This document shows positions 36,168 through 46,167 of a stretch of 64,000 nt of DNA, piece after piece. The translations under genes and the position numbers were made by a program. How positions within the stretch are numbered: position 1 is the first letter of the stretch; each line of letters begins with the position of its first letter. The notes under the pieces are model-generated. The model saw only the letters and a program-made list of their open reading frames with translations, searched no databases and had not been told where the DNA came from. The stretch spans positions 5,131-69,130 of the forward strand of contig JADFGT010000001.1 in assembly GCA_022567555.1 (NCBI GenBank). The letters are read 5' to 3'. The stretch is from Armatimonadota bacterium. Lineage in GTDB: Bacteria > Armatimonadota > Fimbriimonadia > Fimbriimonadales > ATM1.

Positions 36168-37519
36168 GGCTTTCTGAAATCGCAGGCATCATGGGCGTCC
36201 GGCCTTCTGGTGAGGACCCGATAGTGACCGGGATCGTCGTGGACAGCCGCGACGCCGGTCCGGGCGACCTTTTCTGCGCGATACGCGGGCAGAGCGCGGA
36301 CGGACATGATTTCGTTCAGTCCGCGGCCGAGGCGGGGGCCGCCGCTGCGCTCGTGACCCGTTCGGTCGCCGCGAAGATTCCCGTGCTGACGGTTGAGTCC
36401 GTGGCCGAGGCGCTCGGCCGGTTGGCGGCGCGGATTCGTGACGGGTTCGAGGGCCAGGTCATCGGCGTAACCGGCAGCGTCGGCAAGACGAGCACGAAGG
36501 AACTTCTGGCGGCCGCGCTAACTTCCGCCGGACCGGTCCTGAAATCTGAAGGCAATTTGAACACGGAATACGGCCTTCCGATTACTTGGATGCGCCTTGA
36601 AAGAGGACATCGTTTCGCCGTGCTGGAGATGGCGATGCGCGGGCCGGGACAGATTCGCCACCTCTGCAACTTCAGCCGCCCGACTGTTGGTGTCGTAACC
36701 GGGCTCGGAAGCGCCCACATCGGCGAATTGGGAAGCCGGGGGGGGATCGCGAACGCGAAGGCGGAACTCCTCGAGGCCTTGCCCGAAGACGGCGTGGCGA
36801 TTCTTCCAGCCGGACGCGCGCTTGATCTGTTGCGCGGGCGGGCGCGGTGCAGGGTCTTGACTTTCGGCGATGAGGAATCGTCGGAAGTGAGGGTGGTTGC
36901 GTCGCGCCTGGACTTAACGGCCAACCGCACTTACTGCGAATTCAGCGTGGGCGGTGAGCGGTACGATGCGCTGATACCCGGTCTTGGCCGCCACCAGGCG
37001 ATTAATGCGGCCGGCGCTCTTGCCGTTTGTTTGGCAGTGGGTGTGGAGACTGAAGGCGCGCTCCGTCACATGGGGGGGGCATCTCTGCCGACGGACCGTC
37101 TGTGCGCAGTTCCGTTCAACCGGGGCACGCTGCTGGTTGACATCTATAATTCCAGTCCTGAATCTTGCGTCGAGGCGCTTCGTGTGCTCGACGAATCAGC
37201 GGACGAGGGACGGCGAATCGCCGTGCTGGGCGATATGCTCGAACTCGGGGACTACACTGAGGAGGCGCACCGGCTGGTCGGCCGCGAGGTAGTCCGCCTC
37301 GAATTAGACGTCCTCCTAACGATCGGTGATTCGGCGCGTCTGATTGCCGACGAGGCCCGGCAACAGGGATTCAGCGGCTCCGTCCACGTTCTTGACCGTG
37401 CAGAAGACGCCGCGCCGGTTTTGAATAGCATGAGGCCCGGCGACATCGCCCTCATCAAAGGCTCGCGGGCGCTGCGGCTTGAGCGGGTTCTTGAACAGAT
37501 GGGAGTGACCTGTGCCTGA
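36158..37519 (+). CDS. murF: UDP-N-acetylmuramoyl-tripeptide--D-alanyl-D-alanine ligase
   Basis: GVTGSVGKTSTKE P-loop. Mur ligase middle and C-terminal domains are present. It sits at the expected dcw position. Confidence 0.9.
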   Translation: MRLRLSEIAGIMGVRPSGEDPIVTGIVVDSRDAGPGDLFCAIRGQSADGHDFVQSAAEAGAAAALVTRSVAAKIPVLTVESVAEALGRLAARIRDGFEGQVIGVTGSVGKTSTKELLAAALTSAGPVLKSEGNLNTEYGLPITWMRLERGHRFAVLEMAMRGPGQIRHLCNFSRPTVGVVTGLGSAHIGELGSRGGIANAKAELLEALPEDGVAILPAGRALDLLRGRARCRVLTFGDEESSEVRVVASRLDLTANRTYCEFSVGGERYDALIPGLGRHQAINAAGALAVCLAVGVETEGALRHMGGASLPTDRLCAVPFNRGTLLVDIYNSSPESCVEALRVLDESADEGRRIAVLGDMLELGDYTEEAHRLVGREVVRLELDVLLTIGDSARLIADEARQQGFSGSVHVLDRAEDAAPVLNSMRPGDIALIKGSRALRLERVLEQMGVTCA

Positions 37520-38423
37520 AGCGTCTGCGCTTGCGTTCTGGGTGGCGCTGTCTGTGTCCGGCGTGCTCGCCTGGCCGTGCCTGCTGTTTCTGCGCAAGAT
37601 CGGCAGCGTCGGTCGCATCAGCCGGCATCTTTCGGAAGGTCATCAGGCGAAGGCCGGAACGCCCACGATGGGGGGGCTGTTCGTCGTCATCGGCGCGGCA
37701 GCCGGCTTGCTGGCTGCGTCCCGCGCGCCTTCGGTCGTGCCGGTCCTTGTCTTGCTCTTCGGTTTCGCAGCCATCGGGTTTTTGGACGACTTTCTGATTC
37801 CGAAGATGACAAATAGGCGGGGGCTGGGGTGGCTGCCGAAGTTGGCGGCGCAGTTCGCGGTCGTTGGGGTTTTCATCGCTTTCTTCGGTTTCTCCCCGGA
37901 AACGCTCCTCCAAGCTTTCTTCATAGTTGCCGCCGCAAACGCCGTGAACTTCGCCGACGGCTTGGACTGGCTGGCGTCGTGGCTCTTGATCATCGCCCTG
38001 GTCCCGTTCGTCGTATATTATCTGTATGTACAAGGCGGGCGCCCCGAATTGATGGCCATACTTTCTATTGCCATCATAGGCGGACTGATCCCATTCCTGT
38101 TATTGAACGCCCCCCCCGCGCGGCTATTCATGGGCGACCTCGGAGCATTGGCGTTGGGGGCTGCTTTCGGATTCATATTTTCTCTTTCGCCGTGGGATCG
38201 GGCGGCGTGGCCCTGGGTCGCTTCCTTGATTCTCATCTTGGAATTGGTGCTGGTACCGGTTCAGATTGCGGCCGTGAAACTCTGGAAACGACGCATTTTT
38301 GCGGCCACGCCCATTCACCACGCTTTCGAGGCGGCAGGCTGGCCGGAGTCGCGGGTCCTGTGGACGTTTCTGACTGCCCAAGTCGTACTGTCCGCGGCCG
38401 CCGTGACGGAGGTTGCGTCGTGA
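37512..38423 (+). CDS. mraY: Phospho-N-acetylmuramoyl-pentapeptide transferase
   Basis: A polytopic membrane protein with GTPTMGGL, LDDFLIP, NAVNFADGLDWLA and HHAFE motifs. Confidence 0.9.
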   Translation: MPEASALAFWVALSVSGVLAWPCLLFLRKIGSVGRISRHLSEGHQAKAGTPTMGGLFVVIGAAAGLLAASRAPSVVPVLVLLFGFAAIGFLDDFLIPKMTNRRGLGWLPKLAAQFAVVGVFIAFFGFSPETLLQAFFIVAAANAVNFADGLDWLASWLLIIALVPFVVYYLYVQGGRPELMAILSIAIIGGLIPFLLLNAPPARLFMGDLGALALGAAFGFIFSLSPWDRAAWPWVASLILILELVLVPVQIAAVKLWKRRIFAATPIHHAFEAAGWPESRVLWTFLTAQVVLSAAAVTEVAS

Positions 38424-39784
38424 GCGAGTTCTCTGGTGCTCGTGTTCTGGTCATCGGCTTGGGCCGCGCCGGCGTCGGAATGTCGAAAGCGCTGAAAGCG
38501 GCGGGGGCCGAATTGACCGTCGTGGATCAGAAGTCGGCCGACGCGTCCACGATGCTCGACGCTCTCGACGAAGTGTCCGGTCTCGACATCGCAATCATTA
38601 CCAGCTGGGCCGGCGACGTGGACTGGAACGAAACGGATTTGATCGCCGCCTCGCCGGGTGTCCCAAGGACGCATCCGGCGCTGCGGGAGGCCGTGGGAAG
38701 GGAAGTTCCGGTTCTGAGCGAGGTGGAAGTTGCGTACCGAATGGCGAAGGCGCCCATGCTGGCGGTGACCGGCACAAACGGCAAGAGCACGATATGCGCC
38801 CTGACATACTTTATCCTGAATGAATGTGGAAAGAGAGCGAGGCTTTGCGGAAACGTCGCCGGCACCGGCCTTCCGGAAGAAACCGTCACGGCGGCGGCTG
38901 CTTCAGCCGCACCGGATGAAGTCTTGGTTACGGAGGTCAGTTCCTTTCACCTCGATTGGGTGAGCCGCTTCCGCCCAGTGGCCGCAACGATTACGCAGAT
39001 TGTGCCGGACCATCTGGACCGTTACGACAGCTTCGATGAGTATGCCGCCGCAAAGCGGCGCATTTACGCAAATCTGCGGGACGATGACGTTGCGATCGTA
39101 AATCTATTGCGGCCGGAGACGCTGCCGCCTGACGGAATGGGCGGTGTGCGTCTCACGCTCGGCGAGCGGGACGCGGACGCGGTCATACCGGGTGAGATGG
39201 TTATTTTCCCCGAATCGCACGTCGAGCTTCGCGTATCTGAGTTGTGGACGGGCGGGCATCACAATCTGGAAAACGCTGCTGTCGCGGTGTTGCTGGCCTC
39301 CACCCAGGGCGTTTCACCGATTTCGGCGGTCGAGGCGGTTCGGAGATTCACCGGTTTGCAGAACCGCATGGAGCGACTCGGGGAGAAGCGCGGCGTTCGT
39401 TTTGTGAACAACAGCATGTGCACGAACCCTCGGGCGGTCGCGGCTTCGCTGGAATCGGCGCCGGGCCCGGTGCTCTTGCTGGCCGGCGGCGTGTGCAAGG
39501 TTGACGACCTGAGCCCATTCGAACAGTGCGCGAAGCGGACGAGACAGGTGTTTCTGTATGGCAAAGACGCCGAACGAATTCGCTCGGCCGTGGAATCCGC
39601 AGGTTGCCGGCCGGTGATGTCGGACACGTTGGAGGAGGCGTTCGAGTGCGCGGCGAGCGCGGCGCAATCGGGCGATACGGTTCTGCTGTCGCCGGGATGC
39701 AGCAGTTTTGATCAGTTCGAGAACTTCATCGAGCGAGGCCGGCGATTCCGCGAACTGGTGAAGGAGTGGCCCGATGGCGGTTAG
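38420..39784 (+). CDS. murD: UDP-N-acetylmuramoylalanine--D-glutamate ligase
   Basis: GTG at 38420 overlaps the mraY stop (GTGA). Rossmann motif VLVIGLGRAGVG and P-loop VTGTNGKSTI. The ORF track start at 37829 is an out-of-context extension. Confidence 0.9.
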   Translation: MSEFSGARVLVIGLGRAGVGMSKALKAAGAELTVVDQKSADASTMLDALDEVSGLDIAIITSWAGDVDWNETDLIAASPGVPRTHPALREAVGREVPVLSEVEVAYRMAKAPMLAVTGTNGKSTICALTYFILNECGKRARLCGNVAGTGLPEETVTAAAASAAPDEVLVTEVSSFHLDWVSRFRPVAATITQIVPDHLDRYDSFDEYAAAKRRIYANLRDDDVAIVNLLRPETLPPDGMGGVRLTLGERDADAVIPGEMVIFPESHVELRVSELWTGGHHNLENAAVAVLLASTQGVSPISAVEAVRRFTGLQNRMERLGEKRGVRFVNNSMCTNPRAVAASLESAPGPVLLLAGGVCKVDDLSPFEQCAKRTRQVFLYGKDAERIRSAVESAGCRPVMSDTLEEAFECAASAAQSGDTVLLSPGCSSFDQFENFIERGRRFRELVKEWPDGG

Positions 39785-41003
39785 CAGGATGCGAACAGTC
39801 GGCGCCCGGGGCGACCGGCTTCTCATTTATCTTCTGATTTCGGCCGCCGTCGTCGGCTCATTCGCGGTGTTGGACGCGGGCTACGCAAGGGCGATGGCCG
39901 CCGGCGAAGGGCTTCTTTCCGCGGAGTGGAAAAGGCATCTTCTCTGGCTCGGCGTGTTCGTTGTGGTGTTCCAGATAACGTCGCGGGCTCCGGTCCGGGT
40001 TCTTCGTGGACTTTCCGTTGTCTTCTATCTGGGGGCGTTTCTCGGAGCGATTCTTGTGTTCGTGCCGGGCGTCGGGGTTGCGGCGGGGGGAGCGCAAAGA
40101 TGGATCGGCATCGGCCCGATAACACTACAGCCGGGCGAACTGCTGAAGCCGGCCACGATCCTGTTTCTCGCATGCGTCACGAGCATAGAACTCCCGGCTG
40201 TGAACCGATACAGGCGAGATTTGGCCGCCCGCCTGGATCGGTCTCTCACACCGTTCTGCGTGCGCGTTCTGCCGTGGGTGCTGGTCTTACTGTCGCTTGT
40301 CCTGGTGGAGAGAGAACCGGACCTTGGCACGGCGGCGATGATCGGCGCCGGAGCGTACGGTGTTCTTCTGCTCGGCCGCGCGCGCTGGCCTCTTCTTGTG
40401 GGCCTGTTGATAGCGGCTCTGGCTATCGGCGCCGTGTTCGCAACGTCGCGCGATTACAGGATGGAACGAATCGCCACCCACGCCAGCCGATGGGACCCAA
40501 GCGTTGTGAAAGGGCCGGGCCTCCAGGCGGCGCAGTCGGAAGTGGCGATGGCTTTCGGCGGCGCGTCCGGCGTTGGGATCGGCCAGGGAAGGGCAAAACA
40601 TGTGCTGCCGGCGGCCACAACCGACTTTGTTTTCACGACGATCGCCGAGGAGTTTGGTCTCATCGGGTCCGGCTTGGTAATCCTGCTGCTCGGCGGGATC
40701 TCAATCCGCCTGATAATGTTATCAATGCGGTTAAAGGACCGTTTTTCACGGGTTGTCGTCGGCGGTATCGGTTGGTGGATCGGCCTACAGAGCATACTGA
40801 ACCTGTTGATGGCCGGGGCAGCGATCCCGCCGGTCGGAATCCCCCTGCCGTTCATCAGTTACGGCGGGAGCAGCCTGCTCGCGCTCGCGATTGGGCTGGG
40901 AGCGGCCCAGGCCGCGTTGAAGATGGAATCTCACACGGAGGAAAAGATTGCGCCTGATAGTCACCGGCGGCGGCACCGGAGGACACGTCTATCCCGCGCT
41001 TGA
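39774..41003 (+). CDS. ftsW: SEDS-family peptidoglycan polymerase FtsW
   Basis: About 10 TM segments. EPDLGTA, TDFVFTTIAEEFG and PFISYGGSS motifs are present. Confidence 0.9.
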   Translation: MAVSRMRTVGARGDRLLIYLLISAAVVGSFAVLDAGYARAMAAGEGLLSAEWKRHLLWLGVFVVVFQITSRAPVRVLRGLSVVFYLGAFLGAILVFVPGVGVAAGGAQRWIGIGPITLQPGELLKPATILFLACVTSIELPAVNRYRRDLAARLDRSLTPFCVRVLPWVLVLLSLVLVEREPDLGTAAMIGAGAYGVLLLGRARWPLLVGLLIAALAIGAVFATSRDYRMERIATHASRWDPSVVKGPGLQAAQSEVAMAFGGASGVGIGQGRAKHVLPAATTDFVFTTIAEEFGLIGSGLVILLLGGISIRLIMLSMRLKDRFSRVVVGGIGWWIGLQSILNLLMAGAAIPPVGIPLPFISYGGSSLLALAIGLGAAQAALKMESHTEEKIAPDSHRRRHRRTRLSRA

Positions 41004-42045
41004 GATAGCGCGTCTGGCCCGCGCCGACGGCCACGATGTGCGCTATCTCGGCAGCATTCGCGGGCAGGAGGGACAGGCATGCCGCGACGCGGGCATCGAG
41101 TTCGTCGGGTTTCGAGTCGGGCCGTTGCGCAGCCTCTGGACGCCGGCCGGTCTGAAGGACGCTTGGCGAACAGTTCGTGCAACCGGAGCCGCGAGGCGCG
41201 AATTGGCCGGGTGGGGCGCTGACAAAGTTTTCTCAACCGGAGGTTTCGGGTCGGGTCCCGCGCTGTTGGCCGCACGCTCCCTGCGGATTCCCGTTGTGCT
41301 GTTAGAGCAGAACACAATCCCCGGCCGAACGCACCGGATCGCGGGCCGGTACGCTGAAACCGTGTGCCTCGTTTTCGAAGAGGCCGCTGAAAATTTCCAG
41401 GGCAGAACGGTCCGAACTGGGATGCCGTTGCGCGCTCCGTTGCTGCGGCGCGCCTCCGAAGCCGCTCACTCCAGACGAGACGCGGGCGTCTTTACCCTCT
41501 GCTTCGGCGGTTCCCAGGGAGCGGCCGCCTTGAACGAGGCCGTGCTGACCGTGGCGCTGCGGGTTGGAGCCGCCGGCAACCGATGGTTACAGGTTTCCGG
41601 GCCAAAACTGTATGATTCTACGGTGAAGGCGGCGGAGCGGCTCTGCCGCGCCTCGACCCATGAGATCAGGCCTTTTCTGGATGCCGGGCAAATGGCCGAA
41701 GCCCTCGCCCGCACGGACGTGGCCGTCGCAAGGGCGGGCGCGGGCACAATCAGCGAACTCGCACTTTTCGGCGTGCCCGCAATCTTCGTTCCGTATCCTT
41801 ACGCGCATGCCGGCCACCAGTATCATAATGCAAGGGTGATCGAGAAGTTGGGGGCTGCCACAATAATCCGGCAGTCTGAACTGACGCCCGAAAAGTTGGA
41901 AGCGGTCTGGAGGGAATGGACCGAAGACGAAACCCGAAGGTCGGTTGCGGCGAATGCGCTTCGGCGGTGGTCGGCGCCGGACGCCGGTAAACGAATTATG
42001 GAAACGCTGAACGGAATTCCTGATGCGGATAAAAGCAGAGATTGA
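40948..42045 (+). CDS. murG: UDP-N-acetylglucosamine--N-acetylmuramyl-pentapeptide GlcNAc transferase
   Basis: N-terminal MRLIVTGGGTGGHVYPALEIA. C-terminal ARAGAGTISELALFGVPAIFVPYP. Confidence 0.9.
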   Translation: MRLIVTGGGTGGHVYPALEIARLARADGHDVRYLGSIRGQEGQACRDAGIEFVGFRVGPLRSLWTPAGLKDAWRTVRATGAARRELAGWGADKVFSTGGFGSGPALLAARSLRIPVVLLEQNTIPGRTHRIAGRYAETVCLVFEEAAENFQGRTVRTGMPLRAPLLRRASEAAHSRRDAGVFTLCFGGSQGAAALNEAVLTVALRVGAAGNRWLQVSGPKLYDSTVKAAERLCRASTHEIRPFLDAGQMAEALARTDVAVARAGAGTISELALFGVPAIFVPYPYAHAGHQYHNARVIEKLGAATIIRQSELTPEKLEAVWREWTEDETRRSVAANALRRWSAPDAGKRIMETLNGIPDADKSRD

Positions 42046-44329
42046 GGAGTGGTTCTCGGCGGATGCCGTCTTGCCCGCCGAAGGCCGCGTGCACTTTATC
42101 GGCATCGGCGGCGCGGGCATGAGTGCGCTTGCCCGTATCCTGCTGGAGAAGGGGCGCGAGGTCTCCGGTTCCGACCTGCAAGAATCCGCGCTGACAGAGA
42201 GTCTCCGCCGGTTGGGCGCTGACGTGCAGATTGGCCACGATCCGAAGCACTTGAGCGGGGCATCCGCCGTGATCATCAGCGATGCGATTGATTTGCGGGT
42301 GAACCCTGAGGCGCTGGAGGCGCGAAAGGCCGGACTTCCGCTTCTTCGCCGCTCCCAACTCTTGAGCGAACTGATTCGAGGGCGCAAGGTCATCGCGGTC
42401 ACAGGCAGCCACGGCAAGAGCACGACGACGGCGTTTGTCTCGCACATACTTCGTGAGGCCGGTCTGGACCCGCTGGCCGTGGTCGGAGCCGAGGTCCGGG
42501 AATTCGGCGGAAGCGTGCTTCTTGGAAAGGGAGAATGGGCGGTTGTCGAGGCCTGCGAGGCATATGACAGCCTTCACGACCTGCGGCCCGACATTGTCTT
42601 GCTCACGAACCTGGAGCCGGAACACCTTGACTATCACAAGTCATGGGCGGGCCTGCGCGACAGCATGGTCCGGTTCGTCGGGCCGGCGAATCTTGTGTAT
42701 TGCGCTGAGGACGCCGGGGCAAGCGAGGTGGCCGAGCGTTCGGGTGCGGGCATCGGATACGGGTTCGAATCGCCCCCGCTGGATGCGCGGTTCTCGGGGG
42801 GGGAATTGCAGACGATAAATGGACCGCTGCGGCTGAGCATTCCGGGGCGGCATAATGCACTGAACGCTTTAGGGGCTGTGGCCGCGTCGGCGCTTGCGGG
42901 CGTAAGCGAAGAGGACGCACTGCGTTACGTTGCGGGCGCGCCTGCTTGCAGGCGCAGGCTGGAGCGGATCGATGAAAAGGAGGGCACAGTCGTAATTGAC
43001 GATTACGCCCATCACCCGACCGAAATCCGAGCGACAATCAAAGCCGTGCGCGAGAGTTTTCCTGACCGCCGTTTGATCGCGGTCTTTCAACCCCATCTAT
43101 ACACTCGTACAAGAGACCTCCTCGAAGATTTCGCGCCGGCCTTTTCGGAAGCCGAGTTTATCTTCATGACGGACATCTATCCTGCGCGCGAAGAGCCGAT
43201 CCCGGGAGTTTCTGCATCACTAATCGTAGAAAACTTGGAAAAATCTAATAAGCCGGTCAACTACGTCTCGTCCCGCCACCTGTTGCCTCGCGAGGTCGCG
43301 GCGGCCGTCGGGCCGGGGGACGTAGTCGTATCCATGGGCGCGGGGAACATTGACGCATTTCCGCTGCTGCTGCTGCAAGAGTTGGAACGAAAGAAAGCCC
43401 CGCTGCGCGTAATGGTTTTCTGCGGCGGCGATTCGCCCGAGCGAGAAGTATCGAGAGTGGGCGGCGGCGAGGTGGCGCGCGCGCTGAGCGCCCGCGGTTA
43501 CGGCGTGAGGACTTTCGATCCCAGCGAAGCCCTGCTTGGAGTGGCGAGTGTCGCTGAACTGACAGGCCTGGAACGGCCGGACGTTGTGTTCATCGTAATG
43601 CACGGAACGCCCGCGGAGGACGGCACCGTTCAGGGCTTTCTGGAATTGCTGCGCATCCCTTACACGGGCAGCGGCATCGCGGCCAGCGCTCTGGCGATTG
43701 ACAAGAATGGGACGAAACGCCTCGTTTCCGAGCACGGTATCGCGGTGCCGCGCGGCGTGCTCGTAAGGCATGGAGACGCACTTCCCGATGTGCCCTTTCC
43801 TGCGATAGTAAAGCCGAACGGGCAGGGCTCAACCATCGGCCTGTCGGTTGCCGGCGACCGGCAGAGTCTGAAAAGGGCGGTAGCTAAGGCGTTGAAGTAC
43901 GATTCCGCCGTTTTGATTGAAGAGTTCATAGAGGGCACGGAGATCAGCGTGCCCGTTCTCGGCGATCGCGCGCTGCCGGCTGTGGAGATATGTCCCTTGT
44001 CCGGCCGCTATGACTTTGCGGCGAAATACACGCCTGGTGCGACGGAAGAAATAGTGCCGGCTCGAATCTCCGGGAGCGCCGCCGAGAAAGCGGCGGAATA
44101 CGCACTGAAAGCCCACCGGCTGCTGGGTCTCAGCGATTTCAGCCGGTCGGATATGATAGTCCGCGCTGAGGAGGTCATCTTTCTGGAGGTGAACACCATC
44201 CCCGGCCTCACACCCACGTCGCTCGTGCCGAAATCCGCTGAAAGCGACGGGATCTCTTTTGAGGACCTGTGCGAAACGGTCCTCGAATCGGCGTTGAAAC
44301 GTTATGGCGTCACGAAAGCGAAGGCGTAG
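42023..44329 (+). CDS. murC/ddl: Bifunctional MurC (UDP-MurNAc--L-Ala ligase) / Ddl (D-Ala--D-Ala ligase) fusion
   Basis: The N-terminal roughly 450 aa carry VHFIGIGGAGMSALA and VTGSHGKSTTT (MurC). The C-terminal roughly 310 aa carry VMVFCGGDSPEREVS, HGTPAEDGTVQG and EVNTIPGLTPTSL (the Ddl ATP-grasp domain). It is a single uninterrupted 768-aa ORF. Confidence 0.9.
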   Translation: MRIKAEIEEWFSADAVLPAEGRVHFIGIGGAGMSALARILLEKGREVSGSDLQESALTESLRRLGADVQIGHDPKHLSGASAVIISDAIDLRVNPEALEARKAGLPLLRRSQLLSELIRGRKVIAVTGSHGKSTTTAFVSHILREAGLDPLAVVGAEVREFGGSVLLGKGEWAVVEACEAYDSLHDLRPDIVLLTNLEPEHLDYHKSWAGLRDSMVRFVGPANLVYCAEDAGASEVAERSGAGIGYGFESPPLDARFSGGELQTINGPLRLSIPGRHNALNALGAVAASALAGVSEEDALRYVAGAPACRRRLERIDEKEGTVVIDDYAHHPTEIRATIKAVRESFPDRRLIAVFQPHLYTRTRDLLEDFAPAFSEAEFIFMTDIYPAREEPIPGVSASLIVENLEKSNKPVNYVSSRHLLPREVAAAVGPGDVVVSMGAGNIDAFPLLLLQELERKKAPLRVMVFCGGDSPEREVSRVGGGEVARALSARGYGVRTFDPSEALLGVASVAELTGLERPDVVFIVMHGTPAEDGTVQGFLELLRIPYTGSGIAASALAIDKNGTKRLVSEHGIAVPRGVLVRHGDALPDVPFPAIVKPNGQGSTIGLSVAGDRQSLKRAVAKALKYDSAVLIEEFIEGTEISVPVLGDRALPAVEICPLSGRYDFAAKYTPGATEEIVPARISGSAAEKAAEYALKAHRLLGLSDFSRSDMIVRAEEVIFLEVNTIPGLTPTSLVPKSAESDGISFEDLCETVLESALKRYGVTKAKA

Positions 44330-45053
44330 AAGACGGGGCGCCGGTCAAAACAGGCGGCCTCTGTGGACGCTGTTCTGGTCGTTGGCCTTTTTGTCAACGG
44401 CCGGCATCGGCCTGTTTCAGAGCGACCTGACACAGATCGCCGTGGTGCGCATCGAAGGCGCGGCCCCGGATGATCGGACGCGGCTGGAAGAGATACTGCG
44501 GGGCATTCGCGGGGTTCCGGCCTTCCGGATTGATTCGGCGGACGTCGAGCGGCAGGTTGAGAGTTCGCGCCGCGTTCTCAGCGGCAGGTTCAGGACCAAC
44601 GTGTTCGGACGTGCCAGGCTCACGGTCGAGTATCGTCGGCCGGTGGCCTCGCTCAGCGGGGCGCCGGGCCTGGCGGTGGATGGCGATGGGTACGTGTTCG
44701 AGTACCGGCGGGCCGGAGCGCTGCCGCTTGCCCTGGACCTCCCAGGTCGTGACTTGGCGCCCGTCCTCGGCCTCTGCGATCCGAGCCGGCTGAGGCCGGC
44801 CGCCCGGCTGGCAGGAAAATTGCAGGAAGAGGGCGTAGAATTGAAAGGAACCGTGTTCCTTGACGCAAGCGGCCGCTTGTGCTTAAATAGCGGTAAGGTG
44901 CTTCTCGTCGTATTCGGAAGCGGGGACCGCCTGGCCGAGAAGGTCGCCGTTCTCAGACGCAGTCTGAATGACGACCCCGGACTTCCGGAGTCGGCGACAG
45001 AGATCAATCTGGTCGAACCTGAAGCAGCGATGATAATGAGAGGAGACAGATGA
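44304..45053 (+). CDS. ftsQ: Cell division protein FtsQ/DivIB
   Basis: A basic N-terminus, TM segment LWTLFWSLAFLSTAGIGLF, then a POTRA-like VVRIEGAAPDDRTRLEEIL. It sits at the expected dcw position. Confidence 0.75.
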   Translation: MASRKRRRRRRGAGQNRRPLWTLFWSLAFLSTAGIGLFQSDLTQIAVVRIEGAAPDDRTRLEEILRGIRGVPAFRIDSADVERQVESSRRVLSGRFRTNVFGRARLTVEYRRPVASLSGAPGLAVDGDGYVFEYRRAGALPLALDLPGRDLAPVLGLCDPSRLRPAARLAGKLQEEGVELKGTVFLDASGRLCLNSGKVLLVVFGSGDRLAEKVAVLRRSLNDDPGLPESATEINLVEPEAAMIMRGDR

Positions 45054-45793
45054 AATCCGGCACAGTTTCCAGGACGCCCACGTGGATCGTTCCCGTTTCG
45101 GTTGTGGCCCTCATCCTCGGATTCCTTTTGGTTTCCGCATGGAAGGGGCCCCACGAAGAGATAACCGCCGAGGCGCGCCAGAATCGGGCTGACACGCCCA
45201 CCTCACCGCCGATCATGGGCCAGTCCACCGATGAGCGAGAGGCGGAGATTGCGAAACTGCGGGAGGAGGTCACGCTGCTGCAGAATGCGGTAGCGGACCA
45301 GTCCCGGCAATCCAAGGTCTTGAACGACAGCCTGCAGGAGGCAAAACTGCTCGCGTGCCTGACCGAGGTCGAGGGGCCCGGGATCGTACTCATTCTTAGG
45401 GACAGTGAGAAGGTTTTTGAGGGGCCGCTGCCCACGGAGGAGATGGTAATCCACGACAAGGACGTTCAGACGGCCGTAAACGAACTTTGGTTGAGTGGCG
45501 CGGAGGCGATCTCCATAAATCATCAGCGAGTGGCCCTCGCCACGTCCTTCTACTGCGCTGGCCCTATAATCTACGTGGGGCGGAAGCAGATCTCGTCGCC
45601 CGTAACCATCCGAGCGATTGGCGATACGGATACGCTGTACGGAGCGCTGACAATGCGGGGCCGCTTCCTGGATGAGTTCAAATACATAGACCCGGCCATG
45701 ATTGAGGTGCGAAAGAAGGACCATCTCGTTCTGCCGGCGCATACAGGATCCACGGAGTTTCACTATGCGAAGACCGTGACCGTCGACGAATGA
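45050..45793 (+). CDS. DUF881-family division-associated protein (YlxW-like)
   Basis: A TM anchor, a coiled-coil, then VEGPGIVLILRD...IHDKDVQTAVNELWLSGAEAISINHQRV...PVTIRAIGD. This matches the DUF881 pattern. Confidence 0.75.
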   Translation: MKSGTVSRTPTWIVPVSVVALILGFLLVSAWKGPHEEITAEARQNRADTPTSPPIMGQSTDEREAEIAKLREEVTLLQNAVADQSRQSKVLNDSLQEAKLLACLTEVEGPGIVLILRDSEKVFEGPLPTEEMVIHDKDVQTAVNELWLSGAEAISINHQRVALATSFYCAGPIIYVGRKQISSPVTIRAIGDTDTLYGALTMRGRFLDEFKYIDPAMIEVRKKDHLVLPAHTGSTEFHYAKTVTVDE

Positions 45794-46167
45794 TCCTTGT
45801 TCCGGTCCTGGCGCTGGTCGTCGGCGGCGTGATCGCCTGGTTCGCAATCACTCCCACCACCGACATCCCCCGCGAGTACGTTGGGGTGGCCGCGCTGGCG
45901 GGCGTGGACTCCGTGTTCGGCGGGATTCGGGCCGGGCTGGAGGACCGCTTTCGGCACGACCTGTTTGCGACCGGCTTTGTGCTAAACATCCTTTTGGCCG
46001 TCGGGCTGGTGTTCCTCGGATACATGATCGGTGTCGGGGAACTCTATTTGGCAGCCGTGATCTTCCTCGGGGGGAGGCTGTTCTTGAACCTGTCTGTGAT
46101 CCGCCGCCACTATTTGACAAGGATTGCCGACGCCCGTGCGCGAAAGAAGATGGGGACGGAGCAGTAG
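45790..46167 (+). CDS. sbp: Small basic protein Sbp (DUF1290)
   Basis: A 125-aa membrane protein with DSVFGGIRAGLEDRF and NLSVIRR motifs. It lies between DUF881 and ftsA, as in Bacillus. Confidence 0.7.
   Translation: MILVPVLALVVGGVIAWFAITPTTDIPREYVGVAALAGVDSVFGGIRAGLEDRFRHDLFATGFVLNILLAVGLVFLGYMIGVGELYLAAVIFLGGRLFLNLSVIRRHYLTRIADARARKKMGTEQ

Noticed and set aside
37829-38419. Long N-terminal extensions suggested by the ORF track for murD (37829), murE (34572), pepF (54213), the PEP-CTERM gene (53999), gene 18163, purB (56813) and GT39 (29063)
   Set aside because: The extensions overlap upstream genes or are Arg-rich. Internal starts with RBS and family-typical N-termini are better supported.
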